From NCBI GenBank assembly GCA_965648935.1, contig CBFGIY010000007.1, positions 1-35,368 of the forward strand: a DNA stretch of 35,368 nucleotides, written 5' to 3'. This DNA is from a candidate division WOR-3 bacterium (GTDB lineage: Bacteria > Hydrothermota > Tepidihabitantia > Tepidihabitantales > Tepidihabitantaceae). Positions 18,181 through 27,096 of this stretch are shown piece by piece. The notes beneath the pieces were generated by a model. The model was not told the origin of the DNA. It was given only the letters and a program-made list of their open reading frames with translations, and did no database searches. Position numbers and translations under genes: made by a program. The number at the start of each line of letters is the position of its first letter. The stretch's first letter is position 1.

Positions 18181-18209
18181 AGTATAGACCCCTGCCCGAC
18201 GATGGTCAA
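18181..18209 (-). promoter_or_regulatory. Near-consensus sigma70 promoter of the four-gene operon
   Basis: TTGACC (18209-18204), 17 nt, TATACT (18186-18181), 8 nt, ATG 18172. Confidence 0.7.
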
Positions 18210-18665
18210 TCACCGTTGCGCCCTGCCGGCGCGGCGACTCGATCTGACCTGTCCGCGCCGCCGCCCGCCCGCGAGCCGCGCCGACAACTTACGGACTATG
18301 CAGATGAATTGATAAATACCGCGTCCTGACAAAAGTTCATACTTGATTTGGGCTCAGAAGCCGCTGGGGGAGCCGTTCCCCCGGCGGGTTGCCGGACGAG
18401 GGTGCGGGCAGGTCAAGTTGCGAAAGGTCAAGCAGATAGCGCATTCAGGCCGGTAACCGGCCTTTTGACCGGTCGTTGATGTGCTGACAAAACTCTTTAC
18501 TGGGCCAAATGTTCGGCCAGAGCCCGTCTCAAGCGTCTAAGTGTTCGACCGCAGGCTACGCCTTCGCCGTTCTTCGCGCTCTGGTCGCCCCGCTGTCGGA
18601 ACCCCTCGGATGTCGCCTGCGCTGTCCCGGCGTGACGGCTGCTCATGCCGGACCGGCGCGAAAGG

Positions 18666-18693
18666 ATGCGGGCGGGGTTGCCCCCGCCCGCAT
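18666..18693 (-). terminator. Probable intrinsic terminator after the S8 protease gene
   Basis: Perfect 12-bp inverted repeat atgcgggcgggg-ttgc-ccccgcccgcat, about 20 nt past the stop codon, with short T runs in both directions. Confidence 0.7.
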
Positions 18694-18712
18694 TTCGGCT
18701 CGGTCGATCAAG

Positions 18713-21706
18713 CTAATCGAGCTTGACCAGTTTTCCCATCGCGCGGAACTCGCCCGCGCTCATCCGGCAGTAGTAGACGCCCGGCCCGACCCGCCGGCCC
18801 GCCTCGTCGCGGCCGTCCCACATCACGCGGTGGTACCCGGCGCCGGCGCTGCCCGATGCCAGCGTGCGCACCAGCCGGCCCGCGGAGTTGTACACCGCGA
18901 CCGTGACCGCGCCCGCGCGCGGCAGGGCATAGCGGACGGTCGTGCGGCCGGCGAACGGCGTCGGGGCGGCCCGGTCCAGCGCATAGCCCGCGGGCAGGCC
19001 GCGCAGTTCTTCGATGCCGGTCCCGGGTATGACCACGACCGCGCCGCGCAGCGTGTCGTTGGCCGGGTCGGCGTCGCCGGCAAGCGCGGTGTAGCACGTG
19101 GTGGTGAATCGGCCGAGCGGCCCGGCGGTCCACGTCTCGAACACGGCCGTATCGACCGCGCCGGGCGCGAGCGTCAGGCTGTCGGACGAGGCCCAGCGCT
19201 CGATTGCGAACCAGACCGCGAAGCTCTCGGTGTATGAGCCGAGGTTCTCGATCAGCGCGCGCGGCGCTATCTCGGTGCCCGCTTCGACCGTGTCGACCGG
19301 CGCGATGATACGGATGACGCCGACGTCGTGAGTCGGCCGGCGCACCGTGAACGAATCGGCGATGAAGTCGTTGGCCGGGTTCGCGTCGCCCGAAAGCATC
19401 GTCGAGCACTTCACCGCGAACCGGCCCAGTGTGTGGGCCGTGAACGACGGCAGCGCGACCCGGACCGCGGTGCCGGGCGCGTGGTCAACCACGTTGGCCG
19501 TGCCGCCGACGTATCCTTCAACATCGATCTTGACCGAGTAGGTCTCGACCTCGGTGCCGTAGTTGTACACCGAGCAGGCCGGGGTCACGACCGTGCCCGA
19601 GTCGATGCGCCCGACCGGCGCGATGATGCGGCTGACGCCGACATCGTGGCGCTCGGTCGAGAACGCGCCCGTCGCGACGACCGCGAACGGCTGGCGGGCG
19701 GTGACCACGTTCTGGGCCGACACGCGCAGAGTCCACGCGCCCGGCGCCGGCCGATTCACGCGGAACATCTCGTTGGGGTTGCGGTTGTCGTACGCGCCGC
19801 CCGGGTTGGGCGTGGACGCGCCGTTGGTGTAAAGACAGCCCTTGTAGAAGCTCGCGTCCGGCCCGGTCAGCAGGCAGTTGAGGTCGTTGATGAGCGCCGG
19901 GTTCGCGCCCGCGGCCGCGGCCGTGTCGGTCCAGACCACGGCGACGCGCAGCGGTATCGAATCGGTGACGAGGAACTGGTACTCGACATACTCGCCGGTT
20001 GCCAGCCCGAGCGTGTCGTCGTCCAAGAGCAGCTTGCGGTAATCCGGGCTCGGGGTCGAGAAGAACAGCACCGAGTCGAGGTTGATGCGGCCCCAGCCGA
20101 TGTACTCGCTCGGGACAACGTATGAGCCGATGTTGGGGTCGGCCGAGACCAGCACCATCGCCTTGAGGAGCGCGGCCGAAACGTAACCGAAGGTGTCGGC
20201 CGGGTTGGCCGCGCCCGAGGGATAGTAGCCCTTGCGCAGGTAGTTGCGCAGGAGGCCGACGTTGCCGTTGATGGCCGGCGCGGCCATCGACGTGCCGCTC
20301 ATCGAGGTGTAGGAGTTGGTCGTGCGGTACTGCACCGACATTATGTTCTCGCCCGGCACGCTGATGTCCGGCTTGATGCGGCCGTCCGGGGCCGGGCCGC
20401 GCGAGGAGTAGGTCGACAGCACGGTCGAGCTGGTGCCGTTCTGCGTCGAAGCGGCCGAGATTATCGACTTGGAATTGCCCGGCTCGGTGATGCGGTACTG
20501 GGCCGACTGGCCCTGGTTGCCGCAGGACTTTATCTGCTGGATGTCCTTGTTGCGCCAGGAGAAGTGGTCGAAGGTCGCGGCCGCGTTGGTGTACTGGCCC
20601 ATCGTGAGCGTCCACCACGAGTGCGACATCGTGTGCGGCCGCAGCTCCGGGTTGCGCAGGTAGTTGGAGATGATGTTTAGCGGCTCGGTGAAATCGTTGC
20701 CCGTGGGCTGGGGAATCGGCGAGAGCTGGACCAGGCGCGCGGCCTTGGAGTGGCCGTCGTGCAGGCTCGTGCCGCCGTTGGCCGAGTCGTTGCCCGCGAT
20801 GGTGCCGCCGACGTGCGAGCCGTGCGAGTCGCTCGAACCAAGCCGCGCCGGCGGGTACTTCTTCAGCGCGACGACCTTGCGATGGGTCGGGAACTCGCCG
20901 GTATCGGTGATGGCGACGGCGGCATCGTACATCGCGTGGTGGGCAACATCGAGCTGGCCGTCCGAGTAGCCGAGGATTTCGCCCTCGCCGAAGAGCCCCT
21001 GCTCCCATATCCGGCGCTGGTTCTGGGACCAGGTCTGGGCGACCCACTGGCAGTCCTGATTCTCGGCCTCGGCCGGGTGCCACTCCTCCATCGACTGCAC
21101 GAAGGGAAGCGACGCGAGCCGGGCGAGGTCATCGCGCGAGCACTCGACGTCTATCGCCTTGCACGCCTCGGACACGCCGGTCGCCACGACGCTGATGCCG
21201 AGCTCGCGGATTGCCGCCTCGGCCGCGGCGATGTCCTCGGGGTAGAAGAGAATCACCGACACGCGGCCGTAGCCCTCGTCGGCGAGCGTGCCCGGCCAGA
21301 ACTTCAGTCCCGGCTGGTAGATGCCGGTCCAGCGCACGAACGGCAGCGCGCTGACCGCGTCCATCTGGGCCGCGCTGGCCTTGACGAACGCGACCGTGCG
21401 CGAGTGAAACCCGTGAAAGTAGGCGCCCGTGCCCTGCAGGGCGGCGAGCTGATACTGGAATACCGGCCCGGCGAACTGGACCAGGTACCAGCCGGTGCCG
21501 TCGCCCGGATAGGCGCTGATGGCGAGCCCGCTGCCCAGTTGCGGGGTTTCATACAGCGGGTCGAACAGCCGCTCGCCCCAGAACGCGACGCGGAAATCGT
21601 CGGCGTCAGGCATCGGCGCGAAGCCGCCGCGAACCGACTGCTTGAGCGGATTGGCGGCAAGCGCGACGCACGCCGCAAACGCGCAGAGGACAAGGAGCTT
21701 CTTCAT
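18713..21706 (-). CDS. Secreted S8 subtilisin-family (KP-43-like) serine protease with CARDB-like repeats and a FlgD-Ig/T9SS-like C-terminal domain
   Basis: Signal peptide; triad motifs YSDGQLD, HGSHVGGT and GTSMAAP; oxyanion GNQG; SSRGP..DGRIKPD; two HDVGV..IIAP repeats; VYNSAGRLVRTL...WDGRD...GVYY. Confidence 0.92.
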   Translation of the reverse strand: MKKLLVLCAFAACVALAANPLKQSVRGGFAPMPDADDFRVAFWGERLFDPLYETPQLGSGLAISAYPGDGTGWYLVQFAGPVFQYQLAALQGTGAYFHGFHSRTVAFVKASAAQMDAVSALPFVRWTGIYQPGLKFWPGTLADEGYGRVSVILFYPEDIAAAEAAIRELGISVVATGVSEACKAIDVECSRDDLARLASLPFVQSMEEWHPAEAENQDCQWVAQTWSQNQRRIWEQGLFGEGEILGYSDGQLDVAHHAMYDAAVAITDTGEFPTHRKVVALKKYPPARLGSSDSHGSHVGGTIAGNDSANGGTSLHDGHSKAARLVQLSPIPQPTGNDFTEPLNIISNYLRNPELRPHTMSHSWWTLTMGQYTNAAATFDHFSWRNKDIQQIKSCGNQGQSAQYRITEPGNSKSIISAASTQNGTSSTVLSTYSSRGPAPDGRIKPDISVPGENIMSVQYRTTNSYTSMSGTSMAAPAINGNVGLLRNYLRKGYYPSGAANPADTFGYVSAALLKAMVLVSADPNIGSYVVPSEYIGWGRINLDSVLFFSTPSPDYRKLLLDDDTLGLATGEYVEYQFLVTDSIPLRVAVVWTDTAAAAGANPALINDLNCLLTGPDASFYKGCLYTNGASTPNPGGAYDNRNPNEMFRVNRPAPGAWTLRVSAQNVVTARQPFAVVATGAFSTERHDVGVSRIIAPVGRIDSGTVVTPACSVYNYGTEVETYSVKIDVEGYVGGTANVVDHAPGTAVRVALPSFTAHTLGRFAVKCSTMLSGDANPANDFIADSFTVRRPTHDVGVIRIIAPVDTVEAGTEIAPRALIENLGSYTESFAVWFAIERWASSDSLTLAPGAVDTAVFETWTAGPLGRFTTTCYTALAGDADPANDTLRGAVVVIPGTGIEELRGLPAGYALDRAAPTPFAGRTTVRYALPRAGAVTVAVYNSAGRLVRTLASGSAGAGYHRVMWDGRDEAGRRVGPGVYYCRMSAGEFRAMGKLVKLD

Positions 21707-21780
21707 CTTACCTCTCTTGGCCGAAAAGGCCGGTTTTCTGCGTTGCCCGAGGCCGACCCCCTCGGACCAGCCTCGGTCTA

Positions 21781-21810
21781 ATCATACCCTGCCCCACGGG
21801 GTCTTGGCAA
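21781..21810 (-). promoter_or_regulatory. Possible promoter of the S8 protease gene
   Basis: TTGCCA (21810-21805), 18 nt, TATGAT (21786-21781). Confidence 0.45.
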
Positions 21811-21826
21811 GCCCGGATTTGAGGGC

Positions 21827-23659
21827 CTAGCCCTGCAGCGCGCGGTGGACTGTTTCGGCCAGGGCCGGGCCGATGCCCTTGACCCTGGCGATATCCGCGA
21901 TCCCGGCCGCCTTGACCTTGTCCAGCGACCCGAAGTGCTGGATGAGCGCCTTCTTGCGCGCCGGCCCAAGCCCGGGAATGGTGTCGAGCGCGGAGAAGGT
22001 CATCGCCTTGCCGCGCAGCTTGCGGTGGAACGTGATGGCGAACCGGTGCGACTCGTCGCGCACCCGCTTGAGCAGCTTCATCGCCGGCGAGGAGACCGGT
22101 ATGGAAATCTCGCGGCCGTCCTCGTAGTAGAGCGTGTCGGTGCGCTTGGCCAACCCGAGTATCGGAATGTCGGCGTCGAACCGTCCGTAGGCCCGCACCG
22201 CGGCCGAGAGCTGGCCCTTGCCGCCGTCGACCAGCACCAGATCCGGCAGCGGCTTGTTCTTCTCCAGCAGGCCGCGCACCCGCCGCGCCAGCACCTCTTC
22301 CATCATCGCGAAGTCGTTCGGCCCCTGTACCGTGCGCACCTTGAACAGCCGGTAGGCCTGTTTCGACGGCCGGTCGTCCCGGAACACGACCACCGAACCG
22401 ACCGCGTTGGTGCCCTGCGTATTGGAGATATCCACGCCCTCGATGAGCCGCGGCACGGTCGCCAGCCCCAGTACCTTTGCCAGCTCCTCGTTGGCCCGCG
22501 GCACGCGCTCGTCCGGCGCGAGCTCGACCAGCGCCTTGTCCGCGTTGAACCGCGCGAGCTGGACGAGTTTCACCTTCTCGCCCCGCTCGGGCACGATGAT
22601 GCGCACCCTGCGGTCGTGCCGCAGTGCGAACCAGTCTTCGAGGGTTGCGCGGTCGTCCGGCTCGGCCGGCACGATGATTTCCTCCGGGATATCGGCGGTG
22701 TGGGTGTGGATCGAACGGATGAGCCCGGCCACCACCTCGGAATCGGGCACGGCGCGCTCCGCTGCAAGCGGGTACTCCTCTTTGGCGACGAGCTTGCCCT
22801 CGCGTACCCGCAGCACCACCGCCAGGGCGGCCCGCTCGCCCCGGCTCAAGCCGACGATGTCGCGGCTGACCCGGTCGGGCATCGCTGCCTGCTGTTCCTT
22901 GCGAATCTCGCGCAGGGCCAGCAACTGGTCGCGCAGCGCCGCCGCGACCTCGAAGTCGTGCGACTTCGCCGCGGTCCACATCCGCGCCTCCAGCTCGTCG
23001 GCGATCGCATCCGACCGGCCCGACAGGAACCGGACCGCGTTCTCGACCTGCCGCGCATATTCGGCCTGCGCCACCTTGTCCGCGCAGGGCGCGGTGCACC
23101 GGCCGAGGTCGAACTCAAGACACGGCCGCTTCGGTCGCGCCTCGGGCAGGGCCCACGTGCAGGTGCGCAGCCGGAACACCCGCTTCACCGCGCGCAGCGC
23201 CTTGCGCAGCTCGCGCGCATTGGTGTACGGCCCGAACAGCGTCGCGCCGTCGGGCGCGATGTTGCGCGTGACAAAGATGCGCGGGAAAGGCTCCTGCGTG
23301 GTCAGCTTGAGGTACGGAAACTTCTTGTCGTCGCGCAGCCGCACGTTGAAGCGCGGCCGGTGAAACTTGATGAAGTTCTCCTCGAGAACCAGCGCCTCGA
23401 CCTCGGACCGCGTGACGACCGTCTCGAGGTCGCGCACTGTCCTGACCAGAGCCGCAAGCCGCGGGCTATCCCCCTCGCCGGTGTAGGCGCGCAGCCGGTC
23501 GCGCAGCACCCGTGCCTTGCCGACGTATACCACCCGGCCCCGGCTGTCCTTCAGCAGGTAGACGCCGGGCGCCTCGGGCGCCGAAGCGACCTTCTCGGTG
23601 AAGCTTGTCGTTCCGTGCCGATGAGTCCGACCAGCCGGACCGGTCTGCTCAGCCGGCAA
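21827..23659 (-). CDS. uvrC: Excinuclease ABC subunit C
   Basis: GIY-YIG region PGVYL...VYVGKA..LR.R, Cys cluster, UVR domain, RNase H-like GVDISN and DGGKGQL, RDESHRFA, HhH IPGLG and VKGIG. TTG start uncertain. Confidence 0.96.
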   Translation of the reverse strand: MPAEQTGPAGRTHRHGTTSFTEKVASAPEAPGVYLLKDSRGRVVYVGKARVLRDRLRAYTGEGDSPRLAALVRTVRDLETVVTRSEVEALVLEENFIKFHRPRFNVRLRDDKKFPYLKLTTQEPFPRIFVTRNIAPDGATLFGPYTNARELRKALRAVKRVFRLRTCTWALPEARPKRPCLEFDLGRCTAPCADKVAQAEYARQVENAVRFLSGRSDAIADELEARMWTAAKSHDFEVAAALRDQLLALREIRKEQQAAMPDRVSRDIVGLSRGERAALAVVLRVREGKLVAKEEYPLAAERAVPDSEVVAGLIRSIHTHTADIPEEIIVPAEPDDRATLEDWFALRHDRRVRIIVPERGEKVKLVQLARFNADKALVELAPDERVPRANEELAKVLGLATVPRLIEGVDISNTQGTNAVGSVVVFRDDRPSKQAYRLFKVRTVQGPNDFAMMEEVLARRVRGLLEKNKPLPDLVLVDGGKGQLSAAVRAYGRFDADIPILGLAKRTDTLYYEDGREISIPVSSPAMKLLKRVRDESHRFAITFHRKLRGKAMTFSALDTIPGLGPARKKALIQHFGSLDKVKAAGIADIARVKGIGPALAETVHRALQG

Positions 23660-23662
23660 AGG

Positions 23663-25117
23663 CTACCCCTTGACCACTCCCAGCGGCCGCATCCGGACGA
23701 CCTTGCGCGCGATGCCGGCGTTGTGACAGGTATCGACCACGGCATCGACATCCTTGTATGCGTCCGGCACTTCCTCGCGCAGCACTTCCCTGCTCGCCGC
23801 CATCACCCTGATGCCCTTCTGGCGCAGCTCGGCCGCGACGTCGCGCCTCTTTGTTTCGTTCAGCGCGCGGGTGCGCGACCAGACCCGGCCCGCGCCGTGG
23901 CAGGCCGAGCCGAAAGTCTGCTCGTCGGCCGCAGCGGTGCCGAGCAGGACATAGGAGTGCGTGCCCATATCGCCGGGAATCAGCACCGGCTGGCCCAAGT
24001 GCCGGTAACGCGCCGGTATGGCCTGATGGCCGGGGCCGAACGCGCGCGTCGCGCCCTTGCGATGCACGCACAGCCGGACCCGTCCCCGGTCGGTCCGGTG
24101 CTCCTCGAACTTGGCAATGTTGTGGGCAACGTCATAGACCTGGCTCATACCCAGCGCGTCGACCTTCTGGCCGAGCACCTCGGCGAACGCCTCGCGCACC
24201 CAATGGGCGATCGCCTGCCGGTTGGCCCAGGCGTAGTTCGCCGCGCAGACCATCGCCCCGAAGTAGCGCCGGCCCTCGGGCGAGTCGACCGGCGCGCACG
24301 CAAGCTGGCGGTCGACCAGCGGTATGCCGTACTTGCGCGCGGTCTCGCCCATCGTCCTGACGTTGTCGTCGCAGACCTGGTACCCGAGGCCGCGCGAACC
24401 GGTGTGAATCATCACCGTGACCTGGCCGACCGAGAGCCCCAGCGCTTCGGCGGCGGCCGTGTCGAAAACCCGGTCCACGACCTGAATTTCGAGGAAGTGA
24501 TTGCCGGCGCCGAGCGTTCCCAGTTGCGGCATTCCGCGCTCCAGCGCTCGTTTCGACACGCCGGCAAGGTCGGCGCCGGCCATCTGGCCGTGCTCTTCCG
24601 TGTACTCGAGGTCTTCCTCGAACCCGTAGCCGTTGTCCACTGCCCAGCGCGCGCCGTGATTGAGCACCTCGGCCACGGTCTGCTGGGTGATGCGAATCCG
24701 GCCCGAGGAACCCACGCCCGACGGCACGTTCTGGTAGATCGCACGCACGAGCTTGTCGAGCAGCGCCGGGCCGAGGTCATCGCCTGCGAGTCTGGTTCGC
24801 AACAGGCGCACCCCGCAGTTGATGTCGTAGCCGACCCCGCCCGGCGATATCACGCCGTCCTGCGCATCGAACGCGGCCACGCCGCCGATGGGAAACCCGT
24901 AGCCCCAGTGGATATCGGGCATCGCCAGCGACTGGCCGACGATCCCGGGCAGGGTCGCTACATTGGCGACCTGTTCCGGCGCCTGGTCCGCCTTCAGGTC
25001 CGCGACCAGTCGCGCGTCGGCATAGATGACGCCGTCGACGCGCATCCCGGGCCGGTACGACTTCGGGATGCGCAGACGGTAATCATCAAGCTGTTCAAGC
25101 GGTCCGTTCCACGCCAT
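23663..25117 (-). CDS. rtcB: RtcB RNA ligase
   Basis: MPDIHWGYGFPIGG, GVGYDINCGVRL, GTLGAGNHF, HTGSRG, HNIAK, HRKGAT, HGAGR, AYKDV. Confidence 0.96.
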   Translation of the reverse strand: MAWNGPLEQLDDYRLRIPKSYRPGMRVDGVIYADARLVADLKADQAPEQVANVATLPGIVGQSLAMPDIHWGYGFPIGGVAAFDAQDGVISPGGVGYDINCGVRLLRTRLAGDDLGPALLDKLVRAIYQNVPSGVGSSGRIRITQQTVAEVLNHGARWAVDNGYGFEEDLEYTEEHGQMAGADLAGVSKRALERGMPQLGTLGAGNHFLEIQVVDRVFDTAAAEALGLSVGQVTVMIHTGSRGLGYQVCDDNVRTMGETARKYGIPLVDRQLACAPVDSPEGRRYFGAMVCAANYAWANRQAIAHWVREAFAEVLGQKVDALGMSQVYDVAHNIAKFEEHRTDRGRVRLCVHRKGATRAFGPGHQAIPARYRHLGQPVLIPGDMGTHSYVLLGTAAADEQTFGSACHGAGRVWSRTRALNETKRRDVAAELRQKGIRVMAASREVLREEVPDAYKDVDAVVDTCHNAGIARKVVRMRPLGVVKG

Positions 25118-25122
25118 GATTG

Positions 25123-25151
25123 AGTATAGAAGCGGGCCCCGGCGGGGGCAA
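25123..25151 (-). promoter_or_regulatory. Promoter of rtcB-uvrC, leaderless geometry
   Basis: TTGCCC (25151-25146), 17 nt, TATACT (25128-25123), 5 nt, ATG 25117. Confidence 0.6.
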
Positions 25152-25186
25152 AAAGACCCGGCGCCGCCCCGGCCGAAGCCGGGATC
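25150..25186 (-). terminator. Possible terminator after the DUF4342 gene
   Basis: Minus strand reads cccggc-TTCG-gccggg (cUUCGg loop), then gccgggtc and TTTTT. Confidence 0.45.
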
Positions 25187-25195
25187 GCTCGCAGG

Positions 25196-25474
25196 TTACT
25201 CCACTGTCCGGACGACCTGCACCTTGACGCGCGCCACCACAGCGGCGAGCGCGCCCATCGCGGCGAGGACCGGCGCCAGCAGCACGACCGCGCCGCCCAC
25301 AGCCACGCCCGCGGTCAGCGGCACTTCGAACAACACCCGGCCGTCAGGCATCCGGATGATGACGCGGCGCACGTTGCCCGCGTCGATGAGCGCCTTGACC
25401 CGGTCCACCAGTTCGCCGGCATCGACCTCAAACTCCTCGGTCCTGGTGCGCTCTTCCTTGGGTTGTTCGTCCAT
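25196..25474 (-). CDS. DUF4342 family protein
   Basis: EEFEVDAGELVDRVKALIDAGNVRRVII...EVPLTAG, then a hydrophobic segment; GGAGG SD. Confidence 0.85.
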   Translation of the reverse strand: MDEQPKEERTRTEEFEVDAGELVDRVKALIDAGNVRRVIIRMPDGRVLFEVPLTAGVAVGGAVVLLAPVLAAMGALAAVVARVKVQVVRTVE

Positions 25475-25558
25475 CGTTCCTCCAATCAGGGCCGCCAGAC
25501 AGCCCTGTCTAATGTTGGGCCATTGTCACTGCCTGTCAACACCTCGGCGCTGGTGGCG

Positions 25559-27061
25559 TCAGCGCTGCACCACCACGCGCCGCGCCGGCGCGGCTCGTTC
25601 CTTCACGAAGTACACCCCGGCCGGGATCCGGCCGAGGTCGTTGGGCCCGAGGCGCAACGCCAGCGCTCTGCGCCCGACCGCGTCGTGAAGCATGGCCGGC
25701 CCGCTGCCGCTGAAGTGCAGAATGCCCCGCACGATGCCCGGCGCGGCCGCCGCCGGCGCCATGCGCCGTACCGCATCTGCGAGACCGACGGGGGGCGATG
25801 CGCCGACCAGCCTGGCCACGGTCGCGACCAGCGCCTTGATGACCTCTGTTTCCATCGGCACGTTGTTCGTACCGCACTGCTCGTAGTGGAGCGGGCCGAT
25901 GGTGTCGCCGGTCGTGTGATAGAGCGGCGTGCGGTCGTGAAACCCGCCCCGGATTGCCGGGAACCCGTACTTCCAGAAGCTGTAGTGGTCGGACCGCGGC
26001 GCCGGCGTGTTCTCAATCGTCGCGTAATGCTTGAGGTTCGAGAACGTGTCGGCCTGCGCCTGGAAGAAGCTAACGAAAGCCTCCGAGTTCGGGGCGTTGC
26101 GCGCGCCGTAGATTACGATGCTGTCGCGGCCGGCCCGGCCGTAGGATATCATGTCGAAGTTGATTGCCAGCCTGATTGAGTCTCCCCGGTCACGCGCCCG
26201 GCGCGCCAGCGAGTCTGACCCGACCAGTCCCTGCTCCTCGCCCGCGAACACGCAGTACAGCAGGCTGTTCTCCGCCGTCATGTCGGACAGCACACGGGCC
26301 AGCTCAAGCACCGCGGCCACGCCCGAACCGTTGTCCTCACAACCCGGCGAGTAGGCCCGCGGCGTCTCCGAGGTCGCGTCGGCATGGGCACAGACGACGT
26401 AGTATCTGTCCGGGTTGACGGTGCCGCGCTTCAGTCCGACGGCGTTCGGCGCGTAGTCCGCGCGGAACGTATCGAGCCAGGTGCTGTCGCAGCCCCAACC
26501 GGCCAGACGCTCGCGCACCCAGGCCATCGCCCTGCGGCACGAGTCGGTGTCAGAGTAGCGGATGCGGAAGTCCCAGAGCCGCTGGATGAACGCTCGCACC
26601 GAATCCTCGCTCACCCGGTCGACAAGCACCCGGATGAGGCTGTCAGGCAGCGCGGCCCTGACCGATTGCGCCGTCGACCCGCCCGCGGTCCGGGCGATGC
26701 GGCCGATGCCGCACAGCTGCACCGGCAGGCGGTTGAGCGCGTGGATGCCTTCGGCGTCGGTCGCGAGCACGATCCCGGCCGAATCCTCGGTCAGGACCCG
26801 GCCGCACGCCGCGGCCGCAGCGCGGGCGCGCCCGTCTTCGCACAGCACGTATACATACTCGGCACGCGCTTCCCACGGCTCCAGGGCCGCGAATCTGCCC
26901 CCGCGTCGTGCCAGCTCGTCGTCTTCAGCGACCAGCAGGCTCCAGCCGTCGCCGGCAAACACGGCGTCGTTCGCAGGCTCCGGCCCGTCGAACCGGACCA
27001 GCCACTCGCGCGCCGGGACCAGCGCGGCACAGAGCAACAGGACGGCCACACTCTTTGTCAT
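25559..27061 (-). CDS. Secreted M28 family aminopeptidase with C-terminal sorting-like domain
   Basis: Signal peptide; CAHAD, GCEDNGSG, FAGEEQGL, NFDMI, SDH, YHTTGD; C-terminus HDAVGRR...GVYFV. Confidence 0.9.
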   Translation of the reverse strand: MTKSVAVLLLCAALVPAREWLVRFDGPEPANDAVFAGDGWSLLVAEDDELARRGGRFAALEPWEARAEYVYVLCEDGRARAAAAACGRVLTEDSAGIVLATDAEGIHALNRLPVQLCGIGRIARTAGGSTAQSVRAALPDSLIRVLVDRVSEDSVRAFIQRLWDFRIRYSDTDSCRRAMAWVRERLAGWGCDSTWLDTFRADYAPNAVGLKRGTVNPDRYYVVCAHADATSETPRAYSPGCEDNGSGVAAVLELARVLSDMTAENSLLYCVFAGEEQGLVGSDSLARRARDRGDSIRLAINFDMISYGRAGRDSIVIYGARNAPNSEAFVSFFQAQADTFSNLKHYATIENTPAPRSDHYSFWKYGFPAIRGGFHDRTPLYHTTGDTIGPLHYEQCGTNNVPMETEVIKALVATVARLVGASPPVGLADAVRRMAPAAAAPGIVRGILHFSGSGPAMLHDAVGRRALALRLGPNDLGRIPAGVYFVKERAAPARRVVVQR

Positions 27062-27067
27062 TGAATC

Positions 27068-27096
27068 ATACTAGCGCGCAAACACGCATCAGTCAT
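27068..27096 (-). promoter_or_regulatory. Possible promoter of the M28 gene, leaderless geometry
   Basis: ATGACT (27096-27091), 17 nt, TAGTAT (27073-27068), 6 nt, ATG 27061. Confidence 0.45.

Noticed and set aside
12474..18187. Long plus-strand ORFs (735, 567 and 514 aa) over the ATPase/helicase operon
   Set aside because: Antisense to motif-bearing genes, with composition typical of shadow frames.
18300..18660. CRISPR array, tRNA or known riboswitch in the long intergenic region
   Set aside because: Only two imperfect repeat copies 158 nt apart, no cloverleaf, and no riboswitch consensus that I recognise.
12460..18713. Genomic island or prophage boundaries around the operon
   Set aside because: No integrase, transposase, tRNA or flanking att-like repeats seen, and codon style resembles the neighbouring core genes by eye.
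21845..25123. 1092-aa plus-strand ORF
   Set aside because: Antisense shadow of uvrC and rtcB. High GC3 leaves few stops on the opposite strand, and the translation has no recognisable motifs.
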